A program made the translations under genes and the position numbers. Source: Gammaproteobacteria bacterium (GTDB lineage: Bacteria; Pseudomonadota; Gammaproteobacteria; JACCXJ01). Taken from it: a stretch of 64,000 nt of DNA. Positions 49,064 through 59,496 of the stretch are shown here, one piece after another (within the stretch, counting starts at the first letter, position 1; each line of letters starts with the position of its first letter). The DNA lies in NCBI GenBank assembly GCA_050740435.1, contig JBOIDL010000001.1, positions 5,484 to 69,483 of the forward strand, given 5' to 3'. Under the pieces are notes generated by a model. It searched no databases and was not told the DNA's origin. It worked only from the letters and a program-made list of their open reading frames with translations.

Positions 49064-50359
49064 CTATGCCCCCTTGCCGCGCTTTTGTGCGGTTTCGGCG
49101 CGCGCCGCCTGCTTGGGCCTAGGTCCGGCCACGGCAACCACGCCCACGGCGGACGCCGTTCTCTTCGCCGGGATTCGCTCGCCGCGGCCTTCGCGCCCCG
49201 TACCGTTGCGAAGCGCCGCCAGATCCTTCCGCAACCGGGCGACGTCGCGTTCCAGCACCGTGACCTTCTCTCTCATGTCCTCGATGCTTTCGGCTTGGGT
49301 GCGCTCCTTTTGCGTGAGGCCGTTCAGCGCCTCTGCCTGAGATCTTAACCGCGCCTGCATTCCTTCCATCACGCTCGGATCGAATAGCGATCGAAACCCC
49401 GCGATCTCGCGCCGCAATTCCTGCTGCCGCCGCTGTACGGTCGTGATCCCTTGGTGGGTCGGCAAATTCAATGATCCCGCGACTTCATCAACGGCGGTTT
49501 GGTTGTGATGCTTCAACGCCATTAGCGCGTTGACCAGCCGTGCGTAAATGTCGGCGTATTCTTCCGTGAACACAAAAGCGCTGTACGCCTCTTCGCCACA
49601 ATCGACCCACAGATCATAGACCTCTCGCAGGGTATTGATTTCCTTGCCTTGCTCCGCGCGTTCGATGATCTTGGCGGCCAGCCGTTCGAGTGCATCGACC
49701 CCGAGCCGTCCGTGCGCATGCAAGTATTCCTGAAGCGCCTTTTGGTAACCCATGGTGAGACGCACGCCTCCCTGAGTTTGCTCTTGCCATTCGCGCATAT
49801 AGCCGACCGCGGGGACCGACAAGACCTGATCCATGCGTTCGCGGATCTGGCCCGCGACGCCGCCCAAACCCTCGGGTTTCACCGACCGTAAGAAATCACC
49901 GGGCAGCAACGAGCTGCTCGAGAACATGCGCGACCAGGTGTCCATCGGCATTTCGAAAAACGGTAGCAGGCCGCGCAAGGCGCTGGTCACGTCCGAAGCG
50001 CTGCCGTGAGTGAAACCCGCTTTCAGTTCATTGAGCTTGGCCGCGAACAGATCCTTCCAGTTCGATCCGGCCTGCGCGCCTTCGGCCAGGTTGCGTGTCA
50101 GCTTGCTGAACTCCTCTCCTAGGCGCAGAAAGGTCTTTCCTTGCCGCACGATACTTTGAAAAAAGTCCTCTCCAGCTGCCGGGGCGGCAGGCGCCGCGGT
50201 TTTTGCCCACAGATCCAAAGCCGCCGTCCACGGAACCGCGAACGCTTGGGAGCTAGTCGATGGCTCCATGGAGTGCCTTAAAATATGTGACCAGGCGTCC
50301 CAAAAATTTTTCTGCGATGCCATCCAATCGTCTTTCGAGACGGGGCTACTATCAGTCAT
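49064..50359 (-). CDS. phaE: Class III PHA synthase subunit PhaE, with extended Arg/Ala-rich C-terminal tail
   Basis: 431 aa; N-terminus MTDSS…DDWMASQKNFWDAWS parallels the PhaE N-terminus; sits directly upstream of and co-oriented with phaC. Confidence 0.85.
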   Translation of the reverse strand: MTDSSPVSKDDWMASQKNFWDAWSHILRHSMEPSTSSQAFAVPWTAALDLWAKTAAPAAPAAGEDFFQSIVRQGKTFLRLGEEFSKLTRNLAEGAQAGSNWKDLFAAKLNELKAGFTHGSASDVTSALRGLLPFFEMPMDTWSRMFSSSSLLPGDFLRSVKPEGLGGVAGQIRERMDQVLSVPAVGYMREWQEQTQGGVRLTMGYQKALQEYLHAHGRLGVDALERLAAKIIERAEQGKEINTLREVYDLWVDCGEEAYSAFVFTEEYADIYARLVNALMALKHHNQTAVDEVAGSLNLPTHQGITTVQRRQQELRREIAGFRSLFDPSVMEGMQARLRSQAEALNGLTQKERTQAESIEDMREKVTVLERDVARLRKDLAALRNGTGREGRGERIPAKRTASAVGVVAVAGPRPKQAARAETAQKRGKGA

Positions 50360-50582
50360 GGTTCACGCAACCTCGGCTTGTTCAAAAACATTCTCCGATT
50401 CCTCGCCACACTTGGCTATTATTGCATTGCACCATGGGCGAAGCAATGTTTACCGGATAAACGGCCGCGCTTCGCATCTCGATGGCCTGAACCATGCCGG
50501 TCACGGTAGGCGCGCATTGTCTCGCTCGCGCGATGCACGGTTATAATGCCAAGAAAATCTTACCTTAAGGACGGACACGCCC

Positions 50583-51491
50583 ATGCAAGTAGAACGCGCG
50601 ACGGTCACGGCGATCGAAACAGCGCCGTGGGCCCGTAACTGGCTTAACTGCTTGCCGCTGTACCTGTTGCCTCACCACGCCTTGTCGCGCTTGATGCTGG
50701 TTGCGACACGCCTGCGTTTTCGACCGTGGAAAGATTGGCAAATTCGGTGGTTTATCCGCCGTTACGGGGTCGATATGGACAGCGTGGCCGAATCCGATCC
50801 GCGCGTCTACCCGGAATTCAATAGCTTCTTTACCCGCGCGCTCCGAGCCGATGCGCGCCCGATCGCGCCCGACCCTTGCTCATTGGCGTGCCCCGTCGAC
50901 GGTAGCGTGTCCCAACTCGGCGATCTCCGAGACGGGTCGTTGCTCCAGGCCAAAGGACAGCACTACAGTGTGTCCGGTCTGCTGGCAAGCATGGAGGCGG
51001 GAGCGTTCTTGGGGGGGCATTTCATCACCTTGTATTTAGCCCCGAGAGACTACCATCGAGTGCACATGCCAGTCACCGGGCGCCTGGTCCGATCGGTTCA
51101 TGTGCCGGGGCGCTTGTTTCCGGTGAAACCCAGCACGGTCCTGGGAATAAACGATCTCTTTAGCCGCAACGAGCGCATCGTTTGCCTGTTCGAAACCCAC
51201 GCAGGCCCGCTTGCGCTCATCATGATAGGCGCCATGTTCGTGGGCGCGATGGACCTTGTGTGGCGCCACGGTGGTGCGATGCACACGGCCGCGCGTCGTA
51301 TCTGCGTCTACGAACAACCCGAATCCTGCCCGGTGATCCTAAATCAGGGCGAGGAGATGGGCCGCTTTAACATGGGATCAACGGTCATCCTGCTGCTCGG
51401 GCCGGGCGCGATCCGCTGGTCGAAAACACTGCAACCCGGTACGCCCGTGACGATGGGGCAATCCATCGGAACCCTCGCCGGCCTGGGCTAA
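50583..51491 (+). CDS. psd: Phosphatidylserine decarboxylase proenzyme
   Basis: 302 aa; PSD motifs (…FFTRALR…, LGST cleavage/pyruvoyl site GSTV in …FNMGSTVILL…). The TAA stop at 51489-91 doubles as the left flank of MITE-B copy 2. Confidence 0.85.
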   Translation: MQVERATVTAIETAPWARNWLNCLPLYLLPHHALSRLMLVATRLRFRPWKDWQIRWFIRRYGVDMDSVAESDPRVYPEFNSFFTRALRADARPIAPDPCSLACPVDGSVSQLGDLRDGSLLQAKGQHYSVSGLLASMEAGAFLGGHFITLYLAPRDYHRVHMPVTGRLVRSVHVPGRLFPVKPSTVLGINDLFSRNERIVCLFETHAGPLALIMIGAMFVGAMDLVWRHGGAMHTAARRICVYEQPESCPVILNQGEEMGRFNMGSTVILLLGPGAIRWSKTLQPGTPVTMGQSIGTLAGLG

Positions 51492-51634
51492 GAGTTTGTG
51501 AAAAAACCTACTGCGCTCGGGATCTCGCGTTCCGGCGGTGCTCGGAATCCTCATGTATTTCAACATACACTGCGGTTCCTGTGCTCCGGCGGAACACGAA
51601 CTCCCTTCGCTCGCGACGGTTTTTCCACAAACTC
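51492..51634 (-). mobile_element. MITE-like element family B, second copy (143 bp), inverted relative to the 44760-44902 copy; 3-bp target duplication TAA
   Basis: TIRs GAGTTTGTGAAAAAACC / GGTTTTTCCACAAACTC; flanked by TAA (51489-91, the psd stop) and TAA (51635-37). The lptF stop codon (TAG, minus strand) spans the junction at 51634-36. Confidence 0.65.
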
Positions 51635-52731
51635 TAAGCCAACGCCTCGCGCCGGAACTGCCGCGCCCACCGCTTGCGCAAGAGCGGATAACCAAGGAGT
51701 GCAAGGATCACAAGGCCTAAGAGCGCATGCACCCACCATAAACCCAGATACACAGGCACGGCGCCCTGCTCGGCCAAGGTCTTCGCGATCCCCAAGAGAT
51801 TGCTGTAAGTGAAATAAATCAAGACCGCGCTCAAGAGCCCGAGGATCCGGTTCTGGTCAGATGCCGCTCGCACCAGCGCCACCGCGAGGAGCGTCAACAG
51901 CACGGTACTGATCGGCATTGCGATTCGCCACTGCAACTCAGCGGCCGCCTCCGGCGTGTTAGCCGACCACAAGCTTGCGGTGCTCGCCGCGCTCGCGCGC
52001 TCGCTCCCGTCCGCCGCCTCACTGCGGTCGATACGCACGCCGTATTTCTCGTACTCGACAATGGAATAATCGAGCCGTCCCGGGGAGCCCATATAGCGGC
52101 GCCCGGCGTAAAAGTTCACATAGCGAGATCCGGTTTTCTGGTCGAGCTCGATTTCCGCTCGGTCAGCGGCAAGCACCCCGAGGTGGCTGTCTTGCCGCCC
52201 TTGCAGGAACACATTGGACATGCTGCGCTTGTCGGGAGACAGCCGCTCCACATAGAGGATGCGGTTACCCTCATTGAAATCCTTGAATTGCCCCGGCGTG
52301 ATCCCGGTCAGGTCGGATTCCGATTTGGCCCGGTTTTCCACCTCAATCAAGCGCGCTTCCGCCCACGGCGCGACCGCGAGCGCGAGGATCGCGACGAGGA
52401 GCGCCACGGCGAAAGCAAGTCTGGCCGCCGTATCGAAAAGAAACCGCGAGCCCAAGCCCAAGCTTGCGATGGCGATAAGCTCGTTGTCGCGCGACAGCCG
52501 GTTCAAGGCGACATAGACGCTAATGTAGTGGCACAAGGGCAGCATCAGTACCAAGGAGTTCGCTATCTTTAAGGCCAGCAGCTCGAAGATCAGTCCGCTG
52601 TCGATCTTTCCGGCGGCAGCCGTCGCCAGGTACTGCGCGAAGCGGCTGCTGGCGTAGGTGAGTAATAGCAGGAGTTGCACGGCCCCGAACCACAATAAGA
52701 TCTCCCGGATGAGGTAGCGGTTTAACAGCAT
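51634..52731 (-). CDS. lptF: LPS export ABC transporter permease LptF (YjgP/YjgQ family)
   Basis: N-terminus MLLNRYLIREIL… (LptF/LptG-type start), 6 TM helices with a large periplasmic loop, divergent from pepA as in E. coli and Pseudomonas. Start trimmed to the ATG at 52729-31; the longer ORF begins at a GTG. Confidence 0.75.
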   Translation of the reverse strand: MLLNRYLIREILLWFGAVQLLLLLTYASSRFAQYLATAAAGKIDSGLIFELLALKIANSLVLMLPLCHYISVYVALNRLSRDNELIAIASLGLGSRFLFDTAARLAFAVALLVAILALAVAPWAEARLIEVENRAKSESDLTGITPGQFKDFNEGNRILYVERLSPDKRSMSNVFLQGRQDSHLGVLAADRAEIELDQKTGSRYVNFYAGRRYMGSPGRLDYSIVEYEKYGVRIDRSEAADGSERASAASTASLWSANTPEAAAELQWRIAMPISTVLLTLLAVALVRAASDQNRILGLLSAVLIYFTYSNLLGIAKTLAEQGAVPVYLGLWWVHALLGLVILALLGYPLLRKRWARQFRREALA

Positions 52732-52872
52732 GAGGATGCCCGTGCGCTTTGCTTTGCGGTATCGATAACAATACACTTGCTCGCCAAGACGCGATTCACC
52801 TTGATAATACGCGCGTTACCATTGAATTGCCGATTTCGCTTCGAGCGTTAACTATAACAGCATAGGGGGGCT

Positions 52873-54387
52873 ATGGAGTTCGCCATCATAAGCGGTGCGC
52901 CGGATAAACAGCGGGTTCCTTGCGTGGTAGCCGGGGTGTTCATTAAGCGCAAGCTTGCGGAGACGGCGGCGCAACTGGACCAAGCCAGTCACCATTACAT
53001 CAGCCGCATCATGAAGCGCGGTGATCTCGAAGGGCGATGCGGCCAAACCTTGATGCTGCATCAGATACCGGGCACGGCGGCCGAGCGCATATTACTCATA
53101 GGATGCGGGCCGGAGAACGAGCTGTCCGACAACAAGTATCGCGAGATCCTCGCCAAGGCGGTGACGACATTAAACGACGCGCGGGTGATCGAAGCCGTGA
53201 GCTACCTCGCGGAGATCCCGATCCCGGATCGCGGCCTCGACTGGAAGGTGAGGCAACTGGTGGAGGCCGCCGAGAGCACCCTCTACCGCTTCGATCGGCT
53301 GAAAAGCAAGCCTGACGCGTCCGCGGCGGCCCTTCGCTCGCTGCGGATCGCGATCGCAAAACCGCGCGCCGCGGCGGCCGCCGAAGAGGCTTTAAGAGAT
53401 GGCCGAGCCATCGCCGAGGGGGTCCGTTTGGCGAAGGATCTCGCCAATCTGCCGAGCAACCACTGCACCCCGGCCTATCTCGCGGATGAGGCGCGGCGGA
53501 TGCAGAAACGCTACCCGGCGTTAAAGGTTGCGGTCTTGGGGGTAGCGCAGATCAAGAGGCTCAGGATGGGAGCCTTCCTGGCGGTAGCTCGCGGCAGCCG
53601 CGAGCCTCCGGCGCTTATCATCGTGCAGTATCGGGGAGCGCGCGCGGCGCAAGCCCCGGTGGCCTTGGTCGGCAAGGGGATCACCTTTGATTCGGGTGGC
53701 ATTTCGATCAAGCCGGCCGCCGCCATGGATGAGATGAAATACGACATGTGCGGCGCGGCCAGCGTCCTCGGGACACTGCGGGCCGTTGCCGAGCTGCAAT
53801 TGCCGATCAACCTCGTCGGCCTCATTCCGGCGACGGAAAACATGCCCGGCGGTAACGCAGTGAAGCCTGGGGATATTGTGACTAGCCTCTCAGGCCAGAC
53901 GATCGAAATCCTTAACACCGACGCCGAAGGGCGGCTCGTTCTTTGTGATACCTTGACCTATGCCCGACGCTTCAAGCCCGCGGTGGTCATCGATATCGCG
54001 ACTCTGACGGGCGCCTGCGTGGTCGCCTTGGGTCAGCACGCCTCGGGGCTCTGGAGCAATCACGAGCCCTTGGCCGCGGCCTTGCTCGCCGCGGGCGGAC
54101 AGAGCGGCGATCGGGCTTGGCAACTGCCGCTTTGGGAGGACTATCAGAAACAGCTCGACAGTTCCTTCGCGGACTTCGCCAACGTCGGCGGCCGCGAGGC
54201 GGGTAGCATTACCGCCGCGTGCTTTCTCGCGCGCTTTGCCAAGGATTTGAAATGGGCGCATTTAGACATTGCCGGAACCGCGTGGCGTACGGGAAACAAG
54301 AAGGGGGCGACAGGCCGTCCGGTGCCGCTGCTCGTTCAATACCTGCTTGACCGGGTACGCAAGCCCGACGACCATGCCCCGGGTTGA
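52873..54387 (+). CDS. pepA: Leucyl aminopeptidase
   Basis: 504 aa; M17 peptidase signature NTDAEGRL, begins MEFAIISGAPDKQRVPCVVAGVF. Confidence 0.9.
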   Translation: MEFAIISGAPDKQRVPCVVAGVFIKRKLAETAAQLDQASHHYISRIMKRGDLEGRCGQTLMLHQIPGTAAERILLIGCGPENELSDNKYREILAKAVTTLNDARVIEAVSYLAEIPIPDRGLDWKVRQLVEAAESTLYRFDRLKSKPDASAAALRSLRIAIAKPRAAAAAEEALRDGRAIAEGVRLAKDLANLPSNHCTPAYLADEARRMQKRYPALKVAVLGVAQIKRLRMGAFLAVARGSREPPALIIVQYRGARAAQAPVALVGKGITFDSGGISIKPAAAMDEMKYDMCGAASVLGTLRAVAELQLPINLVGLIPATENMPGGNAVKPGDIVTSLSGQTIEILNTDAEGRLVLCDTLTYARRFKPAVVIDIATLTGACVVALGQHASGLWSNHEPLAAALLAAGGQSGDRAWQLPLWEDYQKQLDSSFADFANVGGREAGSITAACFLARFAKDLKWAHLDIAGTAWRTGNKKGATGRPVPLLVQYLLDRVRKPDDHAPG

Positions 54388-54820
54388 TTTCTACCTTCTG
54401 GAGGAGGCCGATGGTCGTACCCGCTGCCAAGTCGTGTGCACTCTCGTCGGCAAGGCCTTCGCGAGTGGCCGGCGGGTGTGCATTCTTGCGGAGTCCGCGC
54501 AGCAAGCGGAGCAGATCGATGACTTGCTTTGGACCCATAAAGACATCAGTTTTCTGCCGCATCAACGCTGGGATGAAGATCCCGATCCCGAAACCCCCAT
54601 CTTGATTGGATGGCAAGGCGAGCGGCCGGCCGCCGAGATCGTGGTCAATATGAGCGCTGCCGCGCCCAGCGGGCCATTCGAGCGCCTCATCGAGGTGGTT
54701 GATTGCGATCCCGCGCAACGTGAGGAGGCGCGAGGGCGTTATCGAACCTATCGGCAGGCCGGTTATACGCTGGAAACGCATCGCCTTAACGCTCCCCATG
54801 AGCGATCCGGCGCGTCCTGA
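54374..54820 (+). CDS. holC: DNA polymerase III subunit chi
   Basis: 148 aa from the ATG at 54374 ([13 protein letters not shown]…); chi-subunit family pattern; overlaps the pepA stop, in the conserved pepA-holC-valS context. Confidence 0.85.
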   Translation: MPRVDFYLLEEADGRTRCQVVCTLVGKAFASGRRVCILAESAQQAEQIDDLLWTHKDISFLPHQRWDEDPDPETPILIGWQGERPAAEIVVNMSAAAPSGPFERLIEVVDCDPAQREEARGRYRTYRQAGYTLETHRLNAPHERSGAS

Positions 54821-55175
54821 TGCTTCCCTGCCGGGGGCGGCCGGGGATGACGACCCACCACCCGATCGCCTAGCTGCGGAGTCGGCGCCAACCGACGGCG
54901 AGGCCGAGATCCCGGTGCTTAAGGATGTGGTGGTTCAAGATCGCGTTTCGGCTTTGCCAGCGATGCCGCCGTTGGACTCGCCGCAGCTCGAGGCGCTCGC
55001 GGTGCGCATTACCGGCCATATGCAGCGCATTGTTTCGGTTCAGATCGCGCACGCCACCCATCGCATTCTGACCGAGATCAGAGCCTTGCGCGGCCTGCCC
55101 GCCGCCGCGCCGGCGAGTGGCTCGGCACAAACCCGATCGATAGCACGAAATCCGCCCGCGATCCCGGCGATCACC

Positions 55176-57932
55176 ATGGACAAGACCTACGATCCCAAGG
55201 ATATCGAACAGCATTGGTACGACACCTGGGAAAGCCGCGGTTATTTCGCGCCGCACGGCTCCGGGTCCGCGTACTGCATCATGCTTCCACCGCCCAATGT
55301 CACCGGCAGCCTGCATATGGGGCATGCGTTCTCAGACACGCTTATGGACTGCTTGATCCGCTATCACAGCATGCGGGGTTACAGCACACTCTGGCAATGC
55401 GGCACCGACCACGCCGGGATCGCCACCCAGATGGTGGTCGAGCGCCAGATAGCCGAGCAAGGACGCACACGCCAGGAGATGGGGCGAGAAGCGTTCACGC
55501 AGGCGGTGTGGAGCTGGAAGGAGCGGTCGGGAGACACGATTACCCGTCAGCTTCGGCGTTTGGGCGCCGCGATGGACTGGTCGCGGGAGCGCTTCACCTT
55601 GGATCCCGGTTTATCCGCGACGGTGACGGAGGTATTCGTGCGCCTCTATGAAGAGGGGCTTATTTACCGCGGGCAGCGGCTCGTGAACTGGGATCCGGTG
55701 TTATTGACGGCCCTTTCAGATCTCGAGGTGATAGCCACCGAGGAGCAAGGTCATCTCTGGCACATCCGTTACCCGCTGGCCCATGGGAAAGGGCATCTGG
55801 TCGTGGCCACCACCCGGCCCGAGACGATGTTGGGTGATGTCGCGGTTGCGGTCCATCCGGAGGATGCGCGTTACCAGCCGTACATCGGTCAAGAGGTGCA
55901 ATTACCGCTCGCCGGCCGGAACATTCCAGTGATCGGCGATCCCTATGTCGATAAGGAGTTCGGGTCGGGGTGCTTGAAGATCACCCCGGCGCATGATTTT
56001 AACGACTATGAAGTCGGTCGTAGACACAATCTCCCGTTAATCAATATTCTCACTGATCGCGCTGTAATTAATGCTGAGGCGCCTCCCGACTATCGCGATC
56101 TTGATCGCTTCGAAGCGCGCACGCGCATCGTGCACGATTTGGAGCAACAAGGGCTGCTCGAAAAGGTCGAGGATCACAAGCTCACCATCCCGCGCGGGGA
56201 TCGCTCGAACGCGGTCCTTGAACCTTATCTCACCGACCAATGGTTCGTGCGCGTAGCACCTCTCGCCGAGCCCGCAATTCGCGCGGTCGAAGAGGGCGCC
56301 ATCCGCTTCGTCCCGGACGTTTGGGCCAAGACCTACTTCGAATGGATGCGCAACATCAAGGACTGGTGCATCTCGCGGCAGCTTTGGTGGGGACACCGGA
56401 TCCCTGCCTGGTATGACGATCAAGGCCATGTCTATGTAGGCCGCACCGAGGCCGAGGCACGCGCCCGCCATGGGATCCCCGACGGGCAAGCTCTGGCCCA
56501 GGATCCCGACGTGCTCGATACCTGGTTTTCATCGGCGCTCTGGCCGTTTTCGACCTTGGGCTGGCCCGAGGAGACCGATGAGTTGCGGCGCTTTTACCCG
56601 ACCGCTGTCTTGGTGACCGGGTTTGACATCATTTTCTTCTGGGTGGCCAGAATGATCATGATGGGGCTCAAGTTTACGCAGCAGGTCCCGTTCAAGGAGG
56701 TTTATATCCATGGACTGGTGCGCGACGCCGAGGGCAACAAGATGTCGAAATCCAAAGGCAACATCCTCGATCCGCTCGATCTCATCGACGGCATCGAGCT
56801 TGACGCTTTGGTCGCGAAACGTACAACGGGTCTGATGCGGCCCCAAGACGCCGCTAAGATCGAGCGCGCCACGCGCAAGCAATTTCCGCGGGGTATCGGG
56901 GCTTACGGCGCCGATGCCCTCCGCTTTACTTTCGCGGCGCTGGCCACTCAGGGCCGGGACATCCGTTTCGATCTCGGCCGTATCGAAGGCTACAGGAACT
57001 TTTGCAATAAGCTCTGGAACGCCGCACGCTACGTGCTGCTCGCCACCGGGGGCGAAGCGGCCTCTAGCGCGGACGGATCCTATGGTTTGGGGGAGCGCTG
57101 GATCCGATCGCGTTTGCTCCAGGCGCAACAGGCTGTCATCGAGGCCTTCGGGAGCTACCGCTTCGACCTCGCGGCCCAGGCGATCTACGAGTTTACCTGG
57201 GACGAGTATTGTGACTGGTACCTCGAATGGTCCAAGGTTCTGCTGAACCACGCTACTGACGAGCGGATGCGGCGCGGATGTTTAAGCACCCTGATCGAGG
57301 TGCTTGAGACCTTGTTGAGGCTGGCGCATCCGATCATTCCCTTCGTCACCGAGGAGATCTGGCAACGAGTCGCGCCGCTCGCGAGCTCTAGCGGCGATTC
57401 GATCCTATTGCAAGCTTACCCGGCGCCCGGGGCGCTCGAAATCGACACCGCCGCGGTAGAGGAATTCAATTGGGTGAGGACTTTTGTTCTCGCTGTGCGG
57501 CGTGTACGCGCGGAGATGGACATTGCGCCGGCGAAGCCCTTGGCGGTGCTGACGGAGCATGGATCCGGCACCGAGCATCAATGGCTGGAAAACAATCGCC
57601 TGTTTCTCATGCATCTTGGCCATATCTCATCACTGCAAACCCTCACGGGCACGCCTTCCGCGGATATGGCCGCGGCTTTAGCGGGAGGGCTGAGCCTTTT
57701 CATACCCTTAGCGGGCCTCATCGATCGCGAGGCGGAGGTGCGGCGGCTCAATGCCGAGGTCGAAAAGCTGGAACACGATCACACGCGGGCGACGCAAAAA
57801 CTCGAGAATCAGGAGTTTCTCGAACGCGCGCCGAGTGCGGTCGTAGCCAAGGAGCAACAACGCTGCGAAGAGTTGACGCGCGCCCTCACGCGGCTGCGGG
57901 AGCAACGCAGGCGCGTCGAGTCGTTGCGCTGA
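55176..57932 (+). CDS. valS: Valine--tRNA ligase
   Basis: Canonical start [19 protein letters not shown]…; HIGH ([15 protein letters not shown]) and KMSKS motifs, C-terminal coiled-coil. The same frame stays open for another 159 codons upstream; see the finding on 54798-55175. Confidence 0.95.
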   Translation: MDKTYDPKDIEQHWYDTWESRGYFAPHGSGSAYCIMLPPPNVTGSLHMGHAFSDTLMDCLIRYHSMRGYSTLWQCGTDHAGIATQMVVERQIAEQGRTRQEMGREAFTQAVWSWKERSGDTITRQLRRLGAAMDWSRERFTLDPGLSATVTEVFVRLYEEGLIYRGQRLVNWDPVLLTALSDLEVIATEEQGHLWHIRYPLAHGKGHLVVATTRPETMLGDVAVAVHPEDARYQPYIGQEVQLPLAGRNIPVIGDPYVDKEFGSGCLKITPAHDFNDYEVGRRHNLPLINILTDRAVINAEAPPDYRDLDRFEARTRIVHDLEQQGLLEKVEDHKLTIPRGDRSNAVLEPYLTDQWFVRVAPLAEPAIRAVEEGAIRFVPDVWAKTYFEWMRNIKDWCISRQLWWGHRIPAWYDDQGHVYVGRTEAEARARHGIPDGQALAQDPDVLDTWFSSALWPFSTLGWPEETDELRRFYPTAVLVTGFDIIFFWVARMIMMGLKFTQQVPFKEVYIHGLVRDAEGNKMSKSKGNILDPLDLIDGIELDALVAKRTTGLMRPQDAAKIERATRKQFPRGIGAYGADALRFTFAALATQGRDIRFDLGRIEGYRNFCNKLWNAARYVLLATGGEAASSADGSYGLGERWIRSRLLQAQQAVIEAFGSYRFDLAAQAIYEFTWDEYCDWYLEWSKVLLNHATDERMRRGCLSTLIEVLETLLRLAHPIIPFVTEEIWQRVAPLASSSGDSILLQAYPAPGALEIDTAAVEEFNWVRTFVLAVRRVRAEMDIAPAKPLAVLTEHGSGTEHQWLENNRLFLMHLGHISSLQTLTGTPSADMAAALAGGLSLFIPLAGLIDREAEVRRLNAEVEKLEHDHTRATQKLENQEFLERAPSAVVAKEQQRCEELTRALTRLREQRRRVESLR

Positions 57933-57944
57933 CCAGCAAGTTGC

Positions 57945-57976
57945 TGCACTGGTGAGGTAACTTTTGCAGAGCTTCC
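57945..57976 (+). mobile_element. Solo right-end fragment of MITE family A (…GGTAACTTTTGCAGAGCTTCC) followed by TTA, between valS and tRNA-Leu
   Basis: About 30-nt match to the right ends of the copies at 1075-1109 and 27580-27611. Confidence 0.3.
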
Positions 57977-58031
57977 TTAGATGCTATCCTGGCCGGCGAT
58001 TCACTTTGGATGCGTGGACTTCTTGATGTCC

Positions 58032-58116
<85 letters not shown>

Positions 58117-58158
58117 GTTGCGTAAATCACGCCCCCGCTTCGTGACAGGTAGATATCA

Positions 58159-59490
58159 ATGCAGGTTTCATTGGAAACCACCGGAGCGCTCGAGCGCCGC
58201 ATCACCGTCGAGATCCCCGAGGAGAACATCGCCTCGGAGCTACAGCAGCGGCTCGTGAAGTTAACACGAACCGCCAGGATCGACGGCTTCCGCGTCGGCA
58301 AGGTGCCCATGAAGCTGGTGCAGCGCCGTTACGGCGAACAACTGCGTCAAGAGGTACTGGACGATATCCTGCGGTCCAGCTATGCGGAGGCGATTCGCAA
58401 GGAGAACGTTCGGCCGGTGGGAGATCCCGCCATCGAGCCGCTCGCTGCCGCACCCGGCCAGGGATTGATCTACAAGGCGACCTTCGAGATCTACCCCGAT
58501 GTCAAGCTGGTTCCGGCGGAAGATCTTCAGGTCACAAGACCGGTTTGCGACATTACCGATGAGGATGTGGATAGTGCGATCCATGCGCTGCAACAGCGCT
58601 ATCGCGCTTGGGAAAAAGTAGAGCGGCCGGCGCGACGCGGAGACCGTTTGGAGATTGATTTTCAGGGTAGCATCGCAGGCCTGCCTTTCGCAGGCAGCCA
58701 CGCGTCCGGTTTCACGTTAGAACTGGGCGCATCGAGTCTATTGCCTGGATTCGAGGACGCGCTGGTAGGGATTGAACCCGGCACGGAACGCAGCGTGGAT
58801 CTCACCTTTCCGGCGGATTTCCAGAATTCCGATCTCGCCGGGAAGCCGGCCCGGTTCCTGATCCAGTGCTTGAGTGTCTCAAAACCCGTGTTGCCTTCGT
58901 TGGATGAGGGGCTGCCCGAGCGTCTAGGAATCGACCCGGGTGGAGCGGAAGAGGTGCGCGCACGGGTGCGCGCGAGCCTCGAAAGCGAGCGCAATGAACG
59001 CCTGCAAACGCGGGTGAAAACTTGTGTCATGCAGGCGCTGCTCGAAGCCAACCCGATGGAATTGCCAAAGGCGTTAGTCCACGCCGAAGCCCGAAGTCTC
59101 CGAGATGAAGCCTACCGTGCTCTGGTGCTGCGAAGCGGCAAACAAGAACGGATTGAGATTCCCCCTGTCGAGCCTTTTGAGGAGCGTGCCCGGTGGCGGG
59201 TTGCGGTGGGCCTCATTATAGGCGAGTTCGTTAGAACTATCGGATTCGTGGTGAGCTCATCGATGCTGAGATCCGCCGTCGAAAGCATGGCCGCGGGTTT
59301 CGGAGACGCCGCGGCCGTGGTTAAATGGTATTACGAGGATCGCAAGCGCCTCGCTGGCGTCGAAGCCCTGATCCTTGAAAACCAGGTGGTAAACTGGGTG
59401 CTTAGCAGAGCCAAAATCAAGGAACAAGCGTTGACGTTTGACGCGCTGATGAATCCACGGCAGACTGACGACCAAGCGAAGAAAAGCTGA
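58159..59490 (+). CDS. tig: Trigger factor
   Basis: 443 aa; begins MQVSLETTGALERRITVEIP; PPIase domain in the middle; upstream of clpP-clpX-lon. Confidence 0.95.
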   Translation: MQVSLETTGALERRITVEIPEENIASELQQRLVKLTRTARIDGFRVGKVPMKLVQRRYGEQLRQEVLDDILRSSYAEAIRKENVRPVGDPAIEPLAAAPGQGLIYKATFEIYPDVKLVPAEDLQVTRPVCDITDEDVDSAIHALQQRYRAWEKVERPARRGDRLEIDFQGSIAGLPFAGSHASGFTLELGASSLLPGFEDALVGIEPGTERSVDLTFPADFQNSDLAGKPARFLIQCLSVSKPVLPSLDEGLPERLGIDPGGAEEVRARVRASLESERNERLQTRVKTCVMQALLEANPMELPKALVHAEARSLRDEAYRALVLRSGKQERIEIPPVEPFEERARWRVAVGLIIGEFVRTIGFVVSSSMLRSAVESMAAGFGDAAAVVKWYYEDRKRLAGVEALILENQVVNWVLSRAKIKEQALTFDALMNPRQTDDQAKKS

Positions 59491-59496
59491 TTAACT

